A stretch of DNA of 63,968 nt, filler included, from a bacterium (GTDB lineage: Bacteria; JBDRGX01): NCBI GenBank assembly GCA_043817485.1. It is 6 parts of 6 records of this genome, joined end to end, with 100 filler letters (N's around TTAATTAATTAA, not from the genome) between each part and the next. Parts side by side here need not be neighbours in the genome. Positions count along the whole stretch, not along the records: positions 1 to 22,238 come from JBDRGX010000055.1; 5 more parts are not named here. One strand, written 5' to 3'. Shown one piece after another: positions 11,222 through 20,896 of this stretch. The notes beneath the pieces are model-generated. The model was not told the DNA's origin. It made no database searches and saw only the letters and a list, made by a program, of their open reading frames with translations. Position 1 is the stretch's first letter. Each line of letters starts with the position of its first letter. The translations under genes were made by a program, and so were the position numbers.

Positions 11222-11453
11222 AATACTAAGTTGCATTTAAAATGATAACAAGACGGCAAAAAGAAGGTAACAAAATGTATTAAAGAATTCCACCCCTGTC
11301 CTAACGGACACCCCCGCCAGCGGGGGACATAATGAAGAGATAAAAAGATTAGGATTAGAAGCTGACGCGGACACCCCCGCCAGCGGGGGACATAAGAAGC
11401 CGACGACAAAACCAACACAGTTAGTGTTTAAAATTTGAATGCGACTTGATATT
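11222..11453. mobile_element. MITE-like element with imperfect 20-bp terminal inverted repeats enclosing two GC-rich palindromes
   Basis: aatactaagttgcatttaaa (11222-11241) matches the reverse complement of tttgaatgcgacttgatatt (11434-11453) at 16/20; two internal copies of cggacacccccgccagcgggggacat. Confidence 0.6.
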
Positions 11454-11485
11454 AAATAAAAATATAAAATTAAAAAGGAGTAAAA

Positions 11486-13498
11486 ATGGCACTTATAGAT
11501 TCTAAAACAGGTAATATTAGAAAAAAATATACTATAGAAGAATTAATAAAAATAGCTAATTTAATGCGAGGATATAATTTAATAGCATTATATTCAGCTG
11601 GTTCAGGACATGCTGGAGGCACTCTTTCCATGATGGATATAGCAGCTGCTCTTTATTTAGATATAGCAAATCATGATCCTTTAAATCCAGATTGGGAAAA
11701 TAGAGACAAAATTATTTGGTCAACTGGACATAAAGCACCAGCTCTTTATATTTCTTTAGGTATGGCTGGCTTTTTTGATATAAATGAAATTATTAAATTA
11801 CGACAATTAGGATCGCCATTTCAAGGACATCCTTATTGTGAATCTTTAAAAGGAGTGGAAATTTCTACTGGTTCTCTTGGTCAAGGATTAAGTGTAGGTG
11901 TTGGAATGGCTTTAGCTGCAAAATTAGATAATAAAAATTCTATGATTTATGTTTTAACTGGAGATGGAGAACATCAATCTGGTCAAATATGGGAAGCTTT
12001 AATGGAAGCAAGTCATTATAAATTAAATAACTTAGTTAATATTTTAGATAAAAATAATCTTCAAATTGATGGTGATGTAGCAAAAGTAATGAATATAGAT
12101 CCTATTAAAGATAAATATATAAGCTTTGGTTGGAATGTAGTAGAAATAAATGGTCATAATATGCAAGAAATTGTACAAACTCTTAAAAATATTAAAAATG
12201 AAAATGAAAAACCAACATTAGTTATTGCTCATACTATTAAAGGAAAAGGAATCAGTTTTATAGAAAATAAAGCTGATTGGCATGGAAAAGCACCTAAATA
12301 TGAAGAAATGATTAAAGGGTTAGAAGAATTAGGCATAAAAGAAGAACTTCCAGTAGAAGATTTATTAAAAAAAGCAAAAGAATATGTTCAAATAATAACT
12401 CAAAAATTAAAATCAAAAGAACCTAAATTTAGTAAAGATTATTCTTGGCAAAAAGATGGACAAATGAAAGTAAAAATGGGAAAAACAAGAGAAGGATTTG
12501 GTTTAACTTTACAAGAAATAGGTGATGATGAAAGAATTGTTTGTGTTACAAATGATTTAACAGAATCCATAAATATGGATTTATTTTTCAAAAAAAATCC
12601 AGAAAGACAAAAAAGAATTTTTAATATGGGAGTTGCTGAACAAAGTGGTGCTTGTGTTGCTGCTGGTTTAGCCAAATCTGGAAAATTAGCAATATTTGGA
12701 ACTTATGGTGTATTTACTTCAGGTAGAAGTTTGGATCAATTAAGAATTTCTATTTGTTATAGTAATGCAAATGTTTTAATTACTGGAGCACATTCTGGAA
12801 CATCAGTAGGAGCTGATGGAGCTACTCATCAATCAACAGAAGATCTTTTTCAAATTTGTGGTCTACCTAATATGAATGTCGTAGTTCCTTGTGATATGAC
12901 AGAAACTAAAAAAGCTACAAAATTTCTTGTTTTAGAATTAAAAGGACCTAAATATATTAGATATGGACGAGAAGCTACTCCAATTATTACAAATGAAAAT
13001 ACTCCTTTTGTATTTGGAAAAGCAAATATAATTAGATATAGAAAAATGCAAGATGAATTTATTAATGCTTTTGAAACAAAACTTTCTTCAGAATATATGA
13101 ATGAAAATGAAAATTTAACTATAATTGCTTGTGGAACAGAAGTTCCAGAAGCAATGAAAGCAGCATATATTTTAAAAGAAGAATATGGAATAGAAACAAG
13201 AGTAATAAATATGCATACACTGAAACCATTAGATAACGATGCTGTTATTAAAGCAGCAGCAGAAACAAGTTATATTATCACAGTAGAAGATCATCAAGCA
13301 GGAGGTTTAGGAAATAGAATAAGTTCTGTAATTTCTCAATCTAAAGAACTTTATAAAAAAAATGTACTTTTAAAAATGCTTGGACTTAATGATACATTTG
13401 GAAAATCTGGAACTGCAAATGAACTTATGCAAGAATTTGAATTGAGCGCTGAATATATTGCAGAAAAAGCAAAAAAATTAATTGGTTCAAACTTGTAA
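11486..13498 (+). CDS. tkt: transketolase, N- and C-terminal parts in one chain
   Basis: SGHAGG, STGSLGQG, TGDGE, HTIKGKG, GVAEQ, DGATHQ. Confidence 0.92.
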   Translation: MALIDSKTGNIRKKYTIEELIKIANLMRGYNLIALYSAGSGHAGGTLSMMDIAAALYLDIANHDPLNPDWENRDKIIWSTGHKAPALYISLGMAGFFDINEIIKLRQLGSPFQGHPYCESLKGVEISTGSLGQGLSVGVGMALAAKLDNKNSMIYVLTGDGEHQSGQIWEALMEASHYKLNNLVNILDKNNLQIDGDVAKVMNIDPIKDKYISFGWNVVEINGHNMQEIVQTLKNIKNENEKPTLVIAHTIKGKGISFIENKADWHGKAPKYEEMIKGLEELGIKEELPVEDLLKKAKEYVQIITQKLKSKEPKFSKDYSWQKDGQMKVKMGKTREGFGLTLQEIGDDERIVCVTNDLTESINMDLFFKKNPERQKRIFNMGVAEQSGACVAAGLAKSGKLAIFGTYGVFTSGRSLDQLRISICYSNANVLITGAHSGTSVGADGATHQSTEDLFQICGLPNMNVVVPCDMTETKKATKFLVLELKGPKYIRYGREATPIITNENTPFVFGKANIIRYRKMQDEFINAFETKLSSEYMNENENLTIIACGTEVPEAMKAAYILKEEYGIETRVINMHTLKPLDNDAVIKAAAETSYIITVEDHQAGGLGNRISSVISQSKELYKKNVLLKMLGLNDTFGKSGTANELMQEFELSAEYIAEKAKKLIGSNL

Positions 13499-13643
13499 TA
13501 TTTTTAAGTAATGAATAAAATGTTGACTAACAATCAACATTTTATCTTGCATTAAAGGTTTATAATTATTTTACCCTCATTTATTAGTAAGCTTATTTTT
13601 AAACTTTGAAAAGTGAAAATAAGCCAAATAAGAGAATATAAAA

Positions 13644-13937
13644 ATGAAAACATTCGAAGATATAGAAAAAATAATTCAAAAGAATAAAAAAGAGCTAAAA
13701 GAAAAATATGGACTAAAAAAAGTAGGAATATTTGGTTCCTATGTTAAGGAAAAGCAAAATGAAAATAGCGATGTAGATATGCTTGTAGAAATAAAAAGAC
13801 CTATGGGATTTGTTAATTTTATAAAGCTTGAAAATCACCTTTCACAAATACTTGGCATAAAAGTAGACTTAGTAACTAAAAAGGCATTAAAGCCTTATAT
13901 AGGCAAACAAATTTTGCAAGAGATTCGATATGTCTAA
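13644..13937 (+). CDS. minimal nucleotidyltransferase (MNT) antitoxin
   Basis: GIFGSY...SDVDMLV...KVDLVT; 97 aa. Confidence 0.9.
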   Translation: MKTFEDIEKIIQKNKKELKEKYGLKKVGIFGSYVKEKQNENSDVDMLVEIKRPMGFVNFIKLENHLSQILGIKVDLVTKKALKPYIGKQILQEIRYV

Positions 13938-13958
13938 AAAAAAAGACTACAAAGCAAA
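13930..13958 (+). pseudogene. N-terminal stub of a HEPN/DUF86 partner gene
   Basis: overlapping ATG reading MSKKKDYK, a typical DUF86 start after an MNT gene, then abruptly replaced by attC-like sequence. Confidence 0.5.
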
Positions 13959-14017
13959 GCCTAACACGGTGCCGCATCTAACTTGCTAATCGTTCACAGG
14001 TGAGTTTATCGTTATGC
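13959..14017 (+). other. degenerate attC-like recombination site
   Basis: gcctaac-acggt-gccgcatct...aggtgagt-ttatc-gttatgc: R''/L''/L'/R' layout, 59 bp; R' deviates from GTTRRRY. Confidence 0.5.
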
Positions 14018-14566
14018 GAAAATAAAGACTTCGGATTATCAATAAAAAGATGGTATATTTACCTGCCGATAAATATCATCTTGAGCATATTGTTGCTTTT
14101 TCTCTTTCTCGAAGATTATCCTGATGCAAAGATTGTATTTGATTCAAATACAATTGCAAAAATCGGCTATATTATGATTGCCGGAGTATTTGAGACAATA
14201 GTATTTTATGCCTTTCTACGCAAAATCTTTGAGAATGCCTTTGGAATAATCCCGGCAATCTTATTAGCCTCAATAGCTTATTCATTTCATCATGCTGGAT
14301 TTCAACCCGAATTCCTGAAGCTAATCTTTGTAGGAATTCTCTATGCCTCTGTTTTTAGAGCAGGCAATAGTGCCTTATTGATATATCCTTTCTTTTGGGG
14401 AGTAGGTGCTTGTTTTGATGTTTTAGTCCAGTCTGAAGTAGTTGATGAGATATTATATCCCGGAATACGGCTAACAATCATTTTGTCTTTATTGATAGGG
14501 GGATTCTTGATGTATAGATTCCATAGAAAAAGCATCAAAATCACAAAAGCAAAAAACAGCGACTAA
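14000..14566 (+). pseudogene. CPBP/Abi (CAAX-type) intramembrane protease, probably 5'-truncated
   Basis: FETIVFYAFL and YSFHH motifs, several TM helices; no RBS; followed by ttctaacacgg (R''-like). Confidence 0.6.
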
Positions 14567-14748
14567 CTTCTAACACGGAGTACCCCTTTAACACACAAAC
14601 AAACACCTAATTGACATAATTAAGGGTTTTACTAAATTGCATTCAAAATGATAACAAAGCACAAGAAAAAAGCGACAAAAGCGTACTAATATCAAATTGT
14701 AATCAAAATCAAAATATTGCAAATTAGTTTTTTAACATAATTTTTAGT

Positions 14749-14776
14749 TTGACAAATTTTAAATTTCTGATATATT
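14749..14776 (+). promoter_or_regulatory. sigma70-like promoter upstream of the MttB-family gene
   Basis: TTGACA-16 nt-TATATT. Confidence 0.45.
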
Positions 14777-14844
14777 TTCTAAAAAAACATTATGTCCTAA
14801 ATGATTATAATGAAAAAATTTAAAAACAAAAGGAGAAATATATT

Positions 14845-16248
14845 ATGAACATTGCTGGTTCTGTAAGTGTTCTCACCGAAAAAGAAATTACCCAAATCCA
14901 CAATGCAATGCTAAGTATTCTGTCTGAAGTTGGAGTCATAATTGAAGATCCAACCATTCTTCAACGCCTTGCTGATCACGGTGCAATAGTGCATATGAAC
15001 GATATGAAAGCTTTTTTCACTCCAACATGGGTGGAATGCTTTATTGCTGAATCTGACAAATTCAATTGGAGTACTGTTAAGCCCATGGTTACAGCAAGTG
15101 CAAATATATACCAAGGTGTTTTTCTTGATCCAGAAACTAACGAATTCCTGCCATGGACAGAAAAACGCATGGCAGATTATGTAAAGCTAACACACCATCT
15201 TGAACATGTAGAATACAATGCTATGTTAGGATGTCCTTTGCCTGAAATAAACAAAAAGTTAATTCCACTTATTCAAAGACAAATATGTTGGCGTCATGGA
15301 ATGCGGCCTGGTGGATCAATTTGGGACATTCGCTTTGCACCATATCTTCTTCAAATGTGTGAAATAATGGCAGAAGTAAATCATTCTAATGTAAAGGATT
15401 TCTTTACAGGCATGGTTTTTTTTACATCAGCATTAAAACTTGCTAAAAACGAAGCAGAACAATTTGTGTTTTTCGCAGAAAAAGGATTTTTAGTAAAAAT
15501 ATGTAGTATGACTAGTGCTGGTGGATCTGCACCTATTACCCTTGCCGGTGCAGTAACAATGCACCTTGCTGAAGTTATGATTGCTCAATTTATTTATCGT
15601 GCTTTTTACGGCAATAAAAATCTCGAACTGGTAAGTACAATTGCACCATATGATATGCGTACACTTATGTTTGCGTACGGTCGCCCAGAACGACAAATAA
15701 TGAATATTATGATGGCAGATATTGCTAAAAGATATCAAGTTCCATGTCATGGTCATGGTGGTCATACTGATGCTAAAAAACCAAGCCCTGAAGTAGGATA
15801 CCAACGAGCTCTTACCACAATTCCAACACTAATGGCATGCGGAATAACTTACATCGGAGCTGGCAAGTTATCAATGGATGAAGTTGGCTCACCCATTCAA
15901 ATGATTCTGGACAATGAATTCATAGGTGCACTTAAACGTTTTGCTAATGGCTGTATAATTAACAGCGATACCATTGCATTAGATGTAATTAAGGAAACAG
16001 GACCTGACGGCATTTTTTTAGGACATCCACATACAGCAGAACATTTTCGAACAGAGTTATGGGAACCAACAATTTGGACACGAGAGATGTTTGAGGGTTG
16101 GAAAATCAATGATGGACGCACAGATATTGAAAAAGCATATGAACTTTACAAAGACATTATGAATCGTCCTGATCTTCCACCAAGTATAACAGAGGAAACA
16201 GATCGTTATTTACAACAAGTTATAGACAAAGCAGAAAAAGTGTTTTAA
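14845..16248 (+). CDS. trimethylamine:corrinoid methyltransferase superfamily protein (MttB-like, non-pyrrolysine)
   Basis: IHNAMLSILSEVGV, GGSAPITLAG, QMILDNE, GPDGIFLGHPHT; no in-frame TAG. Confidence 0.88.
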   Translation: MNIAGSVSVLTEKEITQIHNAMLSILSEVGVIIEDPTILQRLADHGAIVHMNDMKAFFTPTWVECFIAESDKFNWSTVKPMVTASANIYQGVFLDPETNEFLPWTEKRMADYVKLTHHLEHVEYNAMLGCPLPEINKKLIPLIQRQICWRHGMRPGGSIWDIRFAPYLLQMCEIMAEVNHSNVKDFFTGMVFFTSALKLAKNEAEQFVFFAEKGFLVKICSMTSAGGSAPITLAGAVTMHLAEVMIAQFIYRAFYGNKNLELVSTIAPYDMRTLMFAYGRPERQIMNIMMADIAKRYQVPCHGHGGHTDAKKPSPEVGYQRALTTIPTLMACGITYIGAGKLSMDEVGSPIQMILDNEFIGALKRFANGCIINSDTIALDVIKETGPDGIFLGHPHTAEHFRTELWEPTIWTREMFEGWKINDGRTDIEKAYELYKDIMNRPDLPPSITEETDRYLQQVIDKAEKVF

Positions 16249-16377
16249 GTAAAACATACATTATCAATCCAGCAATTTCCAATAGTAAAAAAGCAAATGA
16301 ATATACATTTAAAAAAAATCTATAACAAAAATTACAAAAAGCTAAATTTGAATCGTCAGTTTAAAGTGGAGGTTTTA

Positions 16378-16983
16378 GTGATAGCAATTATTAATTACGA
16401 AATGGGAAATTTAAAAAGTGTTAGTAAAGCTTTTAATTTTATAGGTGCAAAAGTAAAAATTACTTCTTGTCCAGATGATATTATTCAAGCAAAAGCAGTT
16501 ATACTTCCAGGAGTAGGTGCTTTTTATAGAGGAATGGAAAATCTAAAAAAGCTAAAATTAGATAAGGCTATTTATACTGCAATAGAACAAAATAAGCCAT
16601 TTTTAGGTATTTGTTTGGGCTTACAACTTCTTTTTACTCAAACAGAAGAACATGGAATTCATCAAGGATTAAATATTATTAAAGGAAATGTAAAAAAATT
16701 ACCTTCTACAGTAAAAATTCCTCATATGGGTTGGAATCAAATAAAACATCAACAAAGTAATAAAATTTTTACAAATATTCCAAATGATTCTTATGTTTAT
16801 TTTGTTCATTCTTTTTATGTTGAACCAGAAGATAAAAGCATTATTTCGACTACAACAAATTATGGTTTAGAATTTGCTTCTTCTATTAACAAAGCCAATA
16901 TTTTTGCTTTTCAATTTCATCCAGAAAAAAGTGAAATGTTAGGCCTTAAAATTTTAAGGAACTTTTATGAATATGTTAGCTAA
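16378..16983 (+). CDS. hisH: IGP synthase glutaminase subunit
   Basis: [38 protein letters not shown] start after ggagg. Confidence 0.96.
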   Translation: MIAIINYEMGNLKSVSKAFNFIGAKVKITSCPDDIIQAKAVILPGVGAFYRGMENLKKLKLDKAIYTAIEQNKPFLGICLGLQLLFTQTEEHGIHQGLNIIKGNVKKLPSTVKIPHMGWNQIKHQQSNKIFTNIPNDSYVYFVHSFYVEPEDKSIISTTTNYGLEFASSINKANIFAFQFHPEKSEMLGLKILRNFYEYVS

Positions 16984-17740
16984 AAGAATTATTCCTTGTT
17001 TAGATGTTAAAAATGGTCGTGTAGTTAAGGGTATCAATTTTTTAAATTTAAAAGATGCTGGAGATCCAGTTGAAATAGCAGCAATTTATAGTCAAGAAGG
17101 TGCTGATGAAATCACTTTTCTTGATATTACAGCAAGTATTGAAAATAGAAATACAATGATAAAAGTAATTGAAAAAACTGCAGAAAAAGTTTTTATTCCT
17201 CTTACAGTAGGAGGGGGTATTAGAAATATAGATGATATAAAAACACTTCTTCATTCTGGAGCAGATAAAATTTCTTTAAATACACAAGCAGTTAAAAATC
17301 CTTTTCTTATAACAAAAAGTGCAGAAGAATTTGGTACTCAATGTATTGTTGTAGCGATTGATGCTAAAAAAATAGATAATAAATGGAAAGTATATATTTA
17401 TGGAGGAACTACTCCAACAGAATTAGATGTAGTAGAATGGGCAAAAAAAGTAGAATTGTTAGGTGCTGGAGAAATTTTATTAACAAGCATGGATAGAGAT
17501 GGAACTAATCAAGGATATGATATTGAAATTACAAAAAAAGTAGTAGAATCTGTAAATATTCCTGTAATTGCTTCTGGAGGAGCAGGTAATTTAGAACACC
17601 TTTTTGAAGCTTTAGATAAAGGTAAAGCAGATGCAGTTTTAGCAGCATCTATTTTTCATTATGGAAAATATACTATAAAAGAAGCAAAAGAATATTTGAA
17701 AAATAAAGGAATAATAACAAGAGAAATATATTCACCATAG
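16967..17740 (+). CDS. hisF: IGP synthase cyclase subunit
   Basis: [25 protein letters not shown]. Confidence 0.97.
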   Translation: MNMLAKRIIPCLDVKNGRVVKGINFLNLKDAGDPVEIAAIYSQEGADEITFLDITASIENRNTMIKVIEKTAEKVFIPLTVGGGIRNIDDIKTLLHSGADKISLNTQAVKNPFLITKSAEEFGTQCIVVAIDAKKIDNKWKVYIYGGTTPTELDVVEWAKKVELLGAGEILLTSMDRDGTNQGYDIEITKKVVESVNIPVIASGGAGNLEHLFEALDKGKADAVLAASIFHYGKYTIKEAKEYLKNKGIITREIYSP

Positions 17741-17878
17741 TTTATTGTGATATCTTCAAGTAGTGGTTACAATATTTGAGTAAACAAAATTGTGGATATT
17801 TTGTTTTGACTTTAGCCAAAACAAATAAATAATGTTAAAAATAGAAAAAATATATTAATTTTTTAAAAAGGAGCAAAA

Positions 17879-18643
17879 ATGTTAAAAAAATTTTTTTTAA
17901 GTTTAATTATTTTATTATGTGGAATGATAATAAGTATAAGTTATGGAGAGATAAAAGTTGTTGATACTATAAATCTTCTTCCTGGAGGAAATACAATAAA
18001 TGGATTAAATCCAACAGCATTATGTGTATTAGGAAACAGGGTATATGTGGCTAATTATACTAGTAATAGTGTTTCGATAATAGACACAGCAAATAATAAT
18101 GCAATAACGAATATAAGTGTTGGAAATAATCCACAAGCATTTTGTGTATTAGGAAACAAGGTATATGTGGCTAATAATGGAAGTGCTAATGTTTCAATAA
18201 TAGATACAGCAAATAATAATGCAGTAACAAATGTAAATGTTGGAAATTATCAAACAGCATTATGTGTATTAGGAAACAGGGTATATGTGGCTAATAGTTT
18301 TGGTGGAAGCATAAGTGTTCTTGGAGATGATGAACCTACTAATATTAGTGAACTTTTGATAAATTCAATGAAAAACAAAGTTTTATCTTATCCAAATCCA
18401 TTTAATCCAGAATGTTATATCCCATTAGAAATAACAAACAACAAATCGCAAAATATTAAAATAAAAATATATAACATATTAGGCCAAGTAGTCAGAGAAG
18501 TAATTAGCAGTAATGCAAATAATTCAGTATATTGGGATGGAAGAGATAATTTAGGAAAAGAAGTTTCATCAGGAATGTATTTTTATGAAACAATTATTGA
18601 TAACAAAACACTAAATTGTAAAAAAATGTTGATGCTGAAGTAA
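17879..18643 (+). CDS. secreted YVTN-type beta-propeller repeat protein with FlgD-Ig/T9SS type-A-like C-terminal domain
   Basis: signal peptide; repeats of VYVAN...VSIIDT; C-terminal YPNPFNP...IYNILGQVVR...WDGRD...SSGMYFY. Confidence 0.8.
   Translation: MLKKFFLSLIILLCGMIISISYGEIKVVDTINLLPGGNTINGLNPTALCVLGNRVYVANYTSNSVSIIDTANNNAITNISVGNNPQAFCVLGNKVYVANNGSANVSIIDTANNNAVTNVNVGNYQTALCVLGNRVYVANSFGGSISVLGDDEPTNISELLINSMKNKVLSYPNPFNPECYIPLEITNNKSQNIKIKIYNILGQVVREVISSNANNSVYWDGRDNLGKEVSSGMYFYETIIDNKTLNCKKMLMLK
18011..18310 (+). repeat. intragenic tandem repeat, 120-bp (40-aa) unit, about 2.5 copies
   Basis: units start at 18011, 18131 and 18251 and share gcattwtgtgtattaggaaacargtatatgtggctaat-like core. 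Confidence 0.9.
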
Positions 18644-18763
18644 AGTATTAGAAGAATTTTAGATTTTGGATTTGAAACAAAGAAGAAAATTAGAAATATA
18701 AAACAAATTTGCAATTTGAAATTTTCAATTTAAAATAAATGCAAATGTTTCTATCGATAATTC

Positions 18764-18862
18764 TAACCCCGAAAGGGGTGATATTATTGTAGCAAATAGG
18801 CAAAACAAGCAATCTTAACCCCGAAGGGGTGATATTATTATAGGGACAGGTATCCCTGTTCG
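18764..18862. repeat. tandem REP-like palindromes (aaccccgaa(a)ggggtgatattatt) plus a gggacagg...ccctg hairpin
   Basis: copies at 18764 and 18816; related copies at about 35487, 40116 and 40166. Confidence 0.8.
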
Positions 18863-18923
18863 AAAAAATTGTATCTTTACAAATTTTTCAATAGTTTACA
18901 AAAAATTAAAGGAGATAATAAAA

Positions 18924-19958
18924 ATGGCTTATCAAGGAGTATTAAAAAATATAAAAGATTGTGTATCTTTAAAAAAACCTGAAAAAGTACCAGTTTTTGC
19001 AATTAGCGAAGAATTTGATGTTAAATGGTATGGAAAATATACTTATGAAGAAGTGTGTACAAATGCTGATAAATTAGTAGAGGTTTGGTCAGCAGCTATA
19101 AAGGAATTTGATTATGATTGGTCTTGGGTACAAATTGATGATTGTATGGAATTTGAAAATTTAGGAGTTGGATGTGTTGGTACCGGAAATATTGTTAGAG
19201 CAACTAAAGATTATCTTCCAGCTACTTATGAAACATTAAAAAAATTAAAAATGCCAAATCCTAATTGTGATGGACGAATGCCAATGAAATTAGAAGCTAT
19301 TAAAAGATTAAAAAGCATTTTTAAAGATACAGTTTGCATAGTTGGGTCAAATGCAGCTCCTTATTCATCTACGGGATTACTTTATGGAATAGAAGATACA
19401 ATGTTATTAATGTATGAAAATCCTCAACTTTTAAAAGATACTATGGATTTTTTTGTAGATTTACAAGGGATGTGGGGAAGTGCTCAAATAAAAGCTGGAG
19501 CAGATGCTATTTGGTTAGGAGATTGTAATGCTTTTTCTGGGATGCTTTCACCACAGCATTATAGAGATTTTGTATTTGAATCATGTCAAAAAGTTGTAAA
19601 AGAATATCATAAAAATGGTGGGATGGTTTTTTTACACAATAGCGAAATTTCTATTCCTCATATAGAATTAGAATGTCAATTAGGTGTAGATGTAATAAGT
19701 ATTGGTCCTGCAGCAAATTTAGCCGAAGTTAAAGCTGCAACAGAAGGCAAAACTTGCATTATGGGAAATTTGGATCCTATTGAAATACTTCTTAGAGAAA
19801 CTGCTGAAAAAGTAGCAGAAGAATCAAAAAGAATAATAGAAATTGGCAAAAAAGGAACGGGTTATATATTTAATTCTGGAGAAATGATTCCTCGAGATGT
19901 TCCTGTAGAAAATATGAAAGCAATGGTTCAAAAAGCGAAAGAATTAAGTACATTTTAA
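18924..19958 (+). CDS. uroporphyrinogen decarboxylase family protein (MtaA/CmuA-like methyltransferase possible)
   Basis: GADAIWLGD, FLHN, MGNLDP, YIFNSGEM, PVENMKAM. Confidence 0.8.
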   Translation: MAYQGVLKNIKDCVSLKKPEKVPVFAISEEFDVKWYGKYTYEEVCTNADKLVEVWSAAIKEFDYDWSWVQIDDCMEFENLGVGCVGTGNIVRATKDYLPATYETLKKLKMPNPNCDGRMPMKLEAIKRLKSIFKDTVCIVGSNAAPYSSTGLLYGIEDTMLLMYENPQLLKDTMDFFVDLQGMWGSAQIKAGADAIWLGDCNAFSGMLSPQHYRDFVFESCQKVVKEYHKNGGMVFLHNSEISIPHIELECQLGVDVISIGPAANLAEVKAATEGKTCIMGNLDPIEILLRETAEKVAEESKRIIEIGKKGTGYIFNSGEMIPRDVPVENMKAMVQKAKELSTF

Positions 19959-20003
19959 TAAAATCATTAAAATAAAAAATTGTATTTTAAGAAAGGAAAA
20001 AAA

Positions 20004-20873
20004 ATGTCAGCACAATTATTAGAAGGTAAAATACTTGCAAATTCTATTAAAGAAAAATTAATAGAAAAATTAAAAAAAATAAAAAATAATTATAATATAA
20101 TACCTTGTTTGGCAGTAATTCAAGTAGGAGAAAATGAATCATCTCGCATTTATACTAATCAGCAAAAAAAAATGTGTGAAAAAATGGGAATAGAATATAA
20201 TTTTTATGAACTAAAAAAAGAAATATCTCAAGAAGAGTTAATTCAGTTTATTCATAGTTTAAATAAAAATAAAAAAATAAATGGAATTATTGTTCAATTA
20301 CCTCTTCCTTCTCATATAGATAATTATTTAATAAAAGAATCAGTTGCTTTTTATAAAGATGTAGAAGGGCTTCATCCTCAAAATATAGGAATGATGTTTT
20401 TGGGACGACCTGAAATAATAACTTGTACTGCTTTATCTGTTTTTGAACTTATAAAAAGCACAGGTGTTAAATTATATGGAAAAGAAGCTGTAATAATAGG
20501 CCATAGTGATATTGTAGGAAAACCTATTGGAATACTTCTTTTGAATGAATTGGCTACCTTAACTATTTGTCATATTGCTACTTCTGATATTTCTGTACAT
20601 ATTAAAAGAGCAGATATTTTGGTTGTATCTGTAGGAAAACCAAACCTTGTTAAAGGTGAATGGATTAAACCTGAGTCTATAGTTATTGATGTTGGGATTA
20701 ATCGAGTAGGAGATAAAATAGTTGGTGATGTTGAATTTGAAGTAGCTAAAGAAAAAGCATCTTTTATTACACCTGTACCAGGTGGCGTTGGTCCTTTAAC
20801 AGTTATGATGTTGATAAAAAATATTATAAATACTGTAGAATGGCAAATAAAAAATTTTAAAATAATGCAATAA
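20004..20873 (+). CDS. folD: methylene-THF dehydrogenase/cyclohydrolase
   Basis: GIIVQLPLP, KDVEG, VIDVGIN, TPVPGGVGP. Confidence 0.96.
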   Translation: MSAQLLEGKILANSIKEKLIEKLKKIKNNYNIIPCLAVIQVGENESSRIYTNQQKKMCEKMGIEYNFYELKKEISQEELIQFIHSLNKNKKINGIIVQLPLPSHIDNYLIKESVAFYKDVEGLHPQNIGMMFLGRPEIITCTALSVFELIKSTGVKLYGKEAVIIGHSDIVGKPIGILLLNELATLTICHIATSDISVHIKRADILVVSVGKPNLVKGEWIKPESIVIDVGINRVGDKIVGDVEFEVAKEKASFITPVPGGVGPLTVMMLIKNIINTVEWQIKNFKIMQ

Positions 20874-20896
20874 TTTATTTAATTTTGGAGAAATAA

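Noticed and set aside
11206-11418. 70-aa ORF with duplicated YVPRWRGCP
   Set aside because: Translation of the palindromic DNA repeat; the same applies to 35688-35876, 37911-38102 and 43501-43764.
11288-11424. Repeat-spacer-repeat pattern as a mini CRISPR array
   Set aside because: Only two units, copies dispersed elsewhere, no cas genes; fits a REP-like element better.
14845-16248. Pyrrolysine-containing MttB
   Set aside because: The frame has no internal TAG and no pyl genes are visible.
18011-18310. Near-identical repeats as a diversity-generating retroelement TR/VR pair
   Set aside because: They are in-frame tandem protein repeats, differences are not confined to adenines, and no reverse transcriptase is present.
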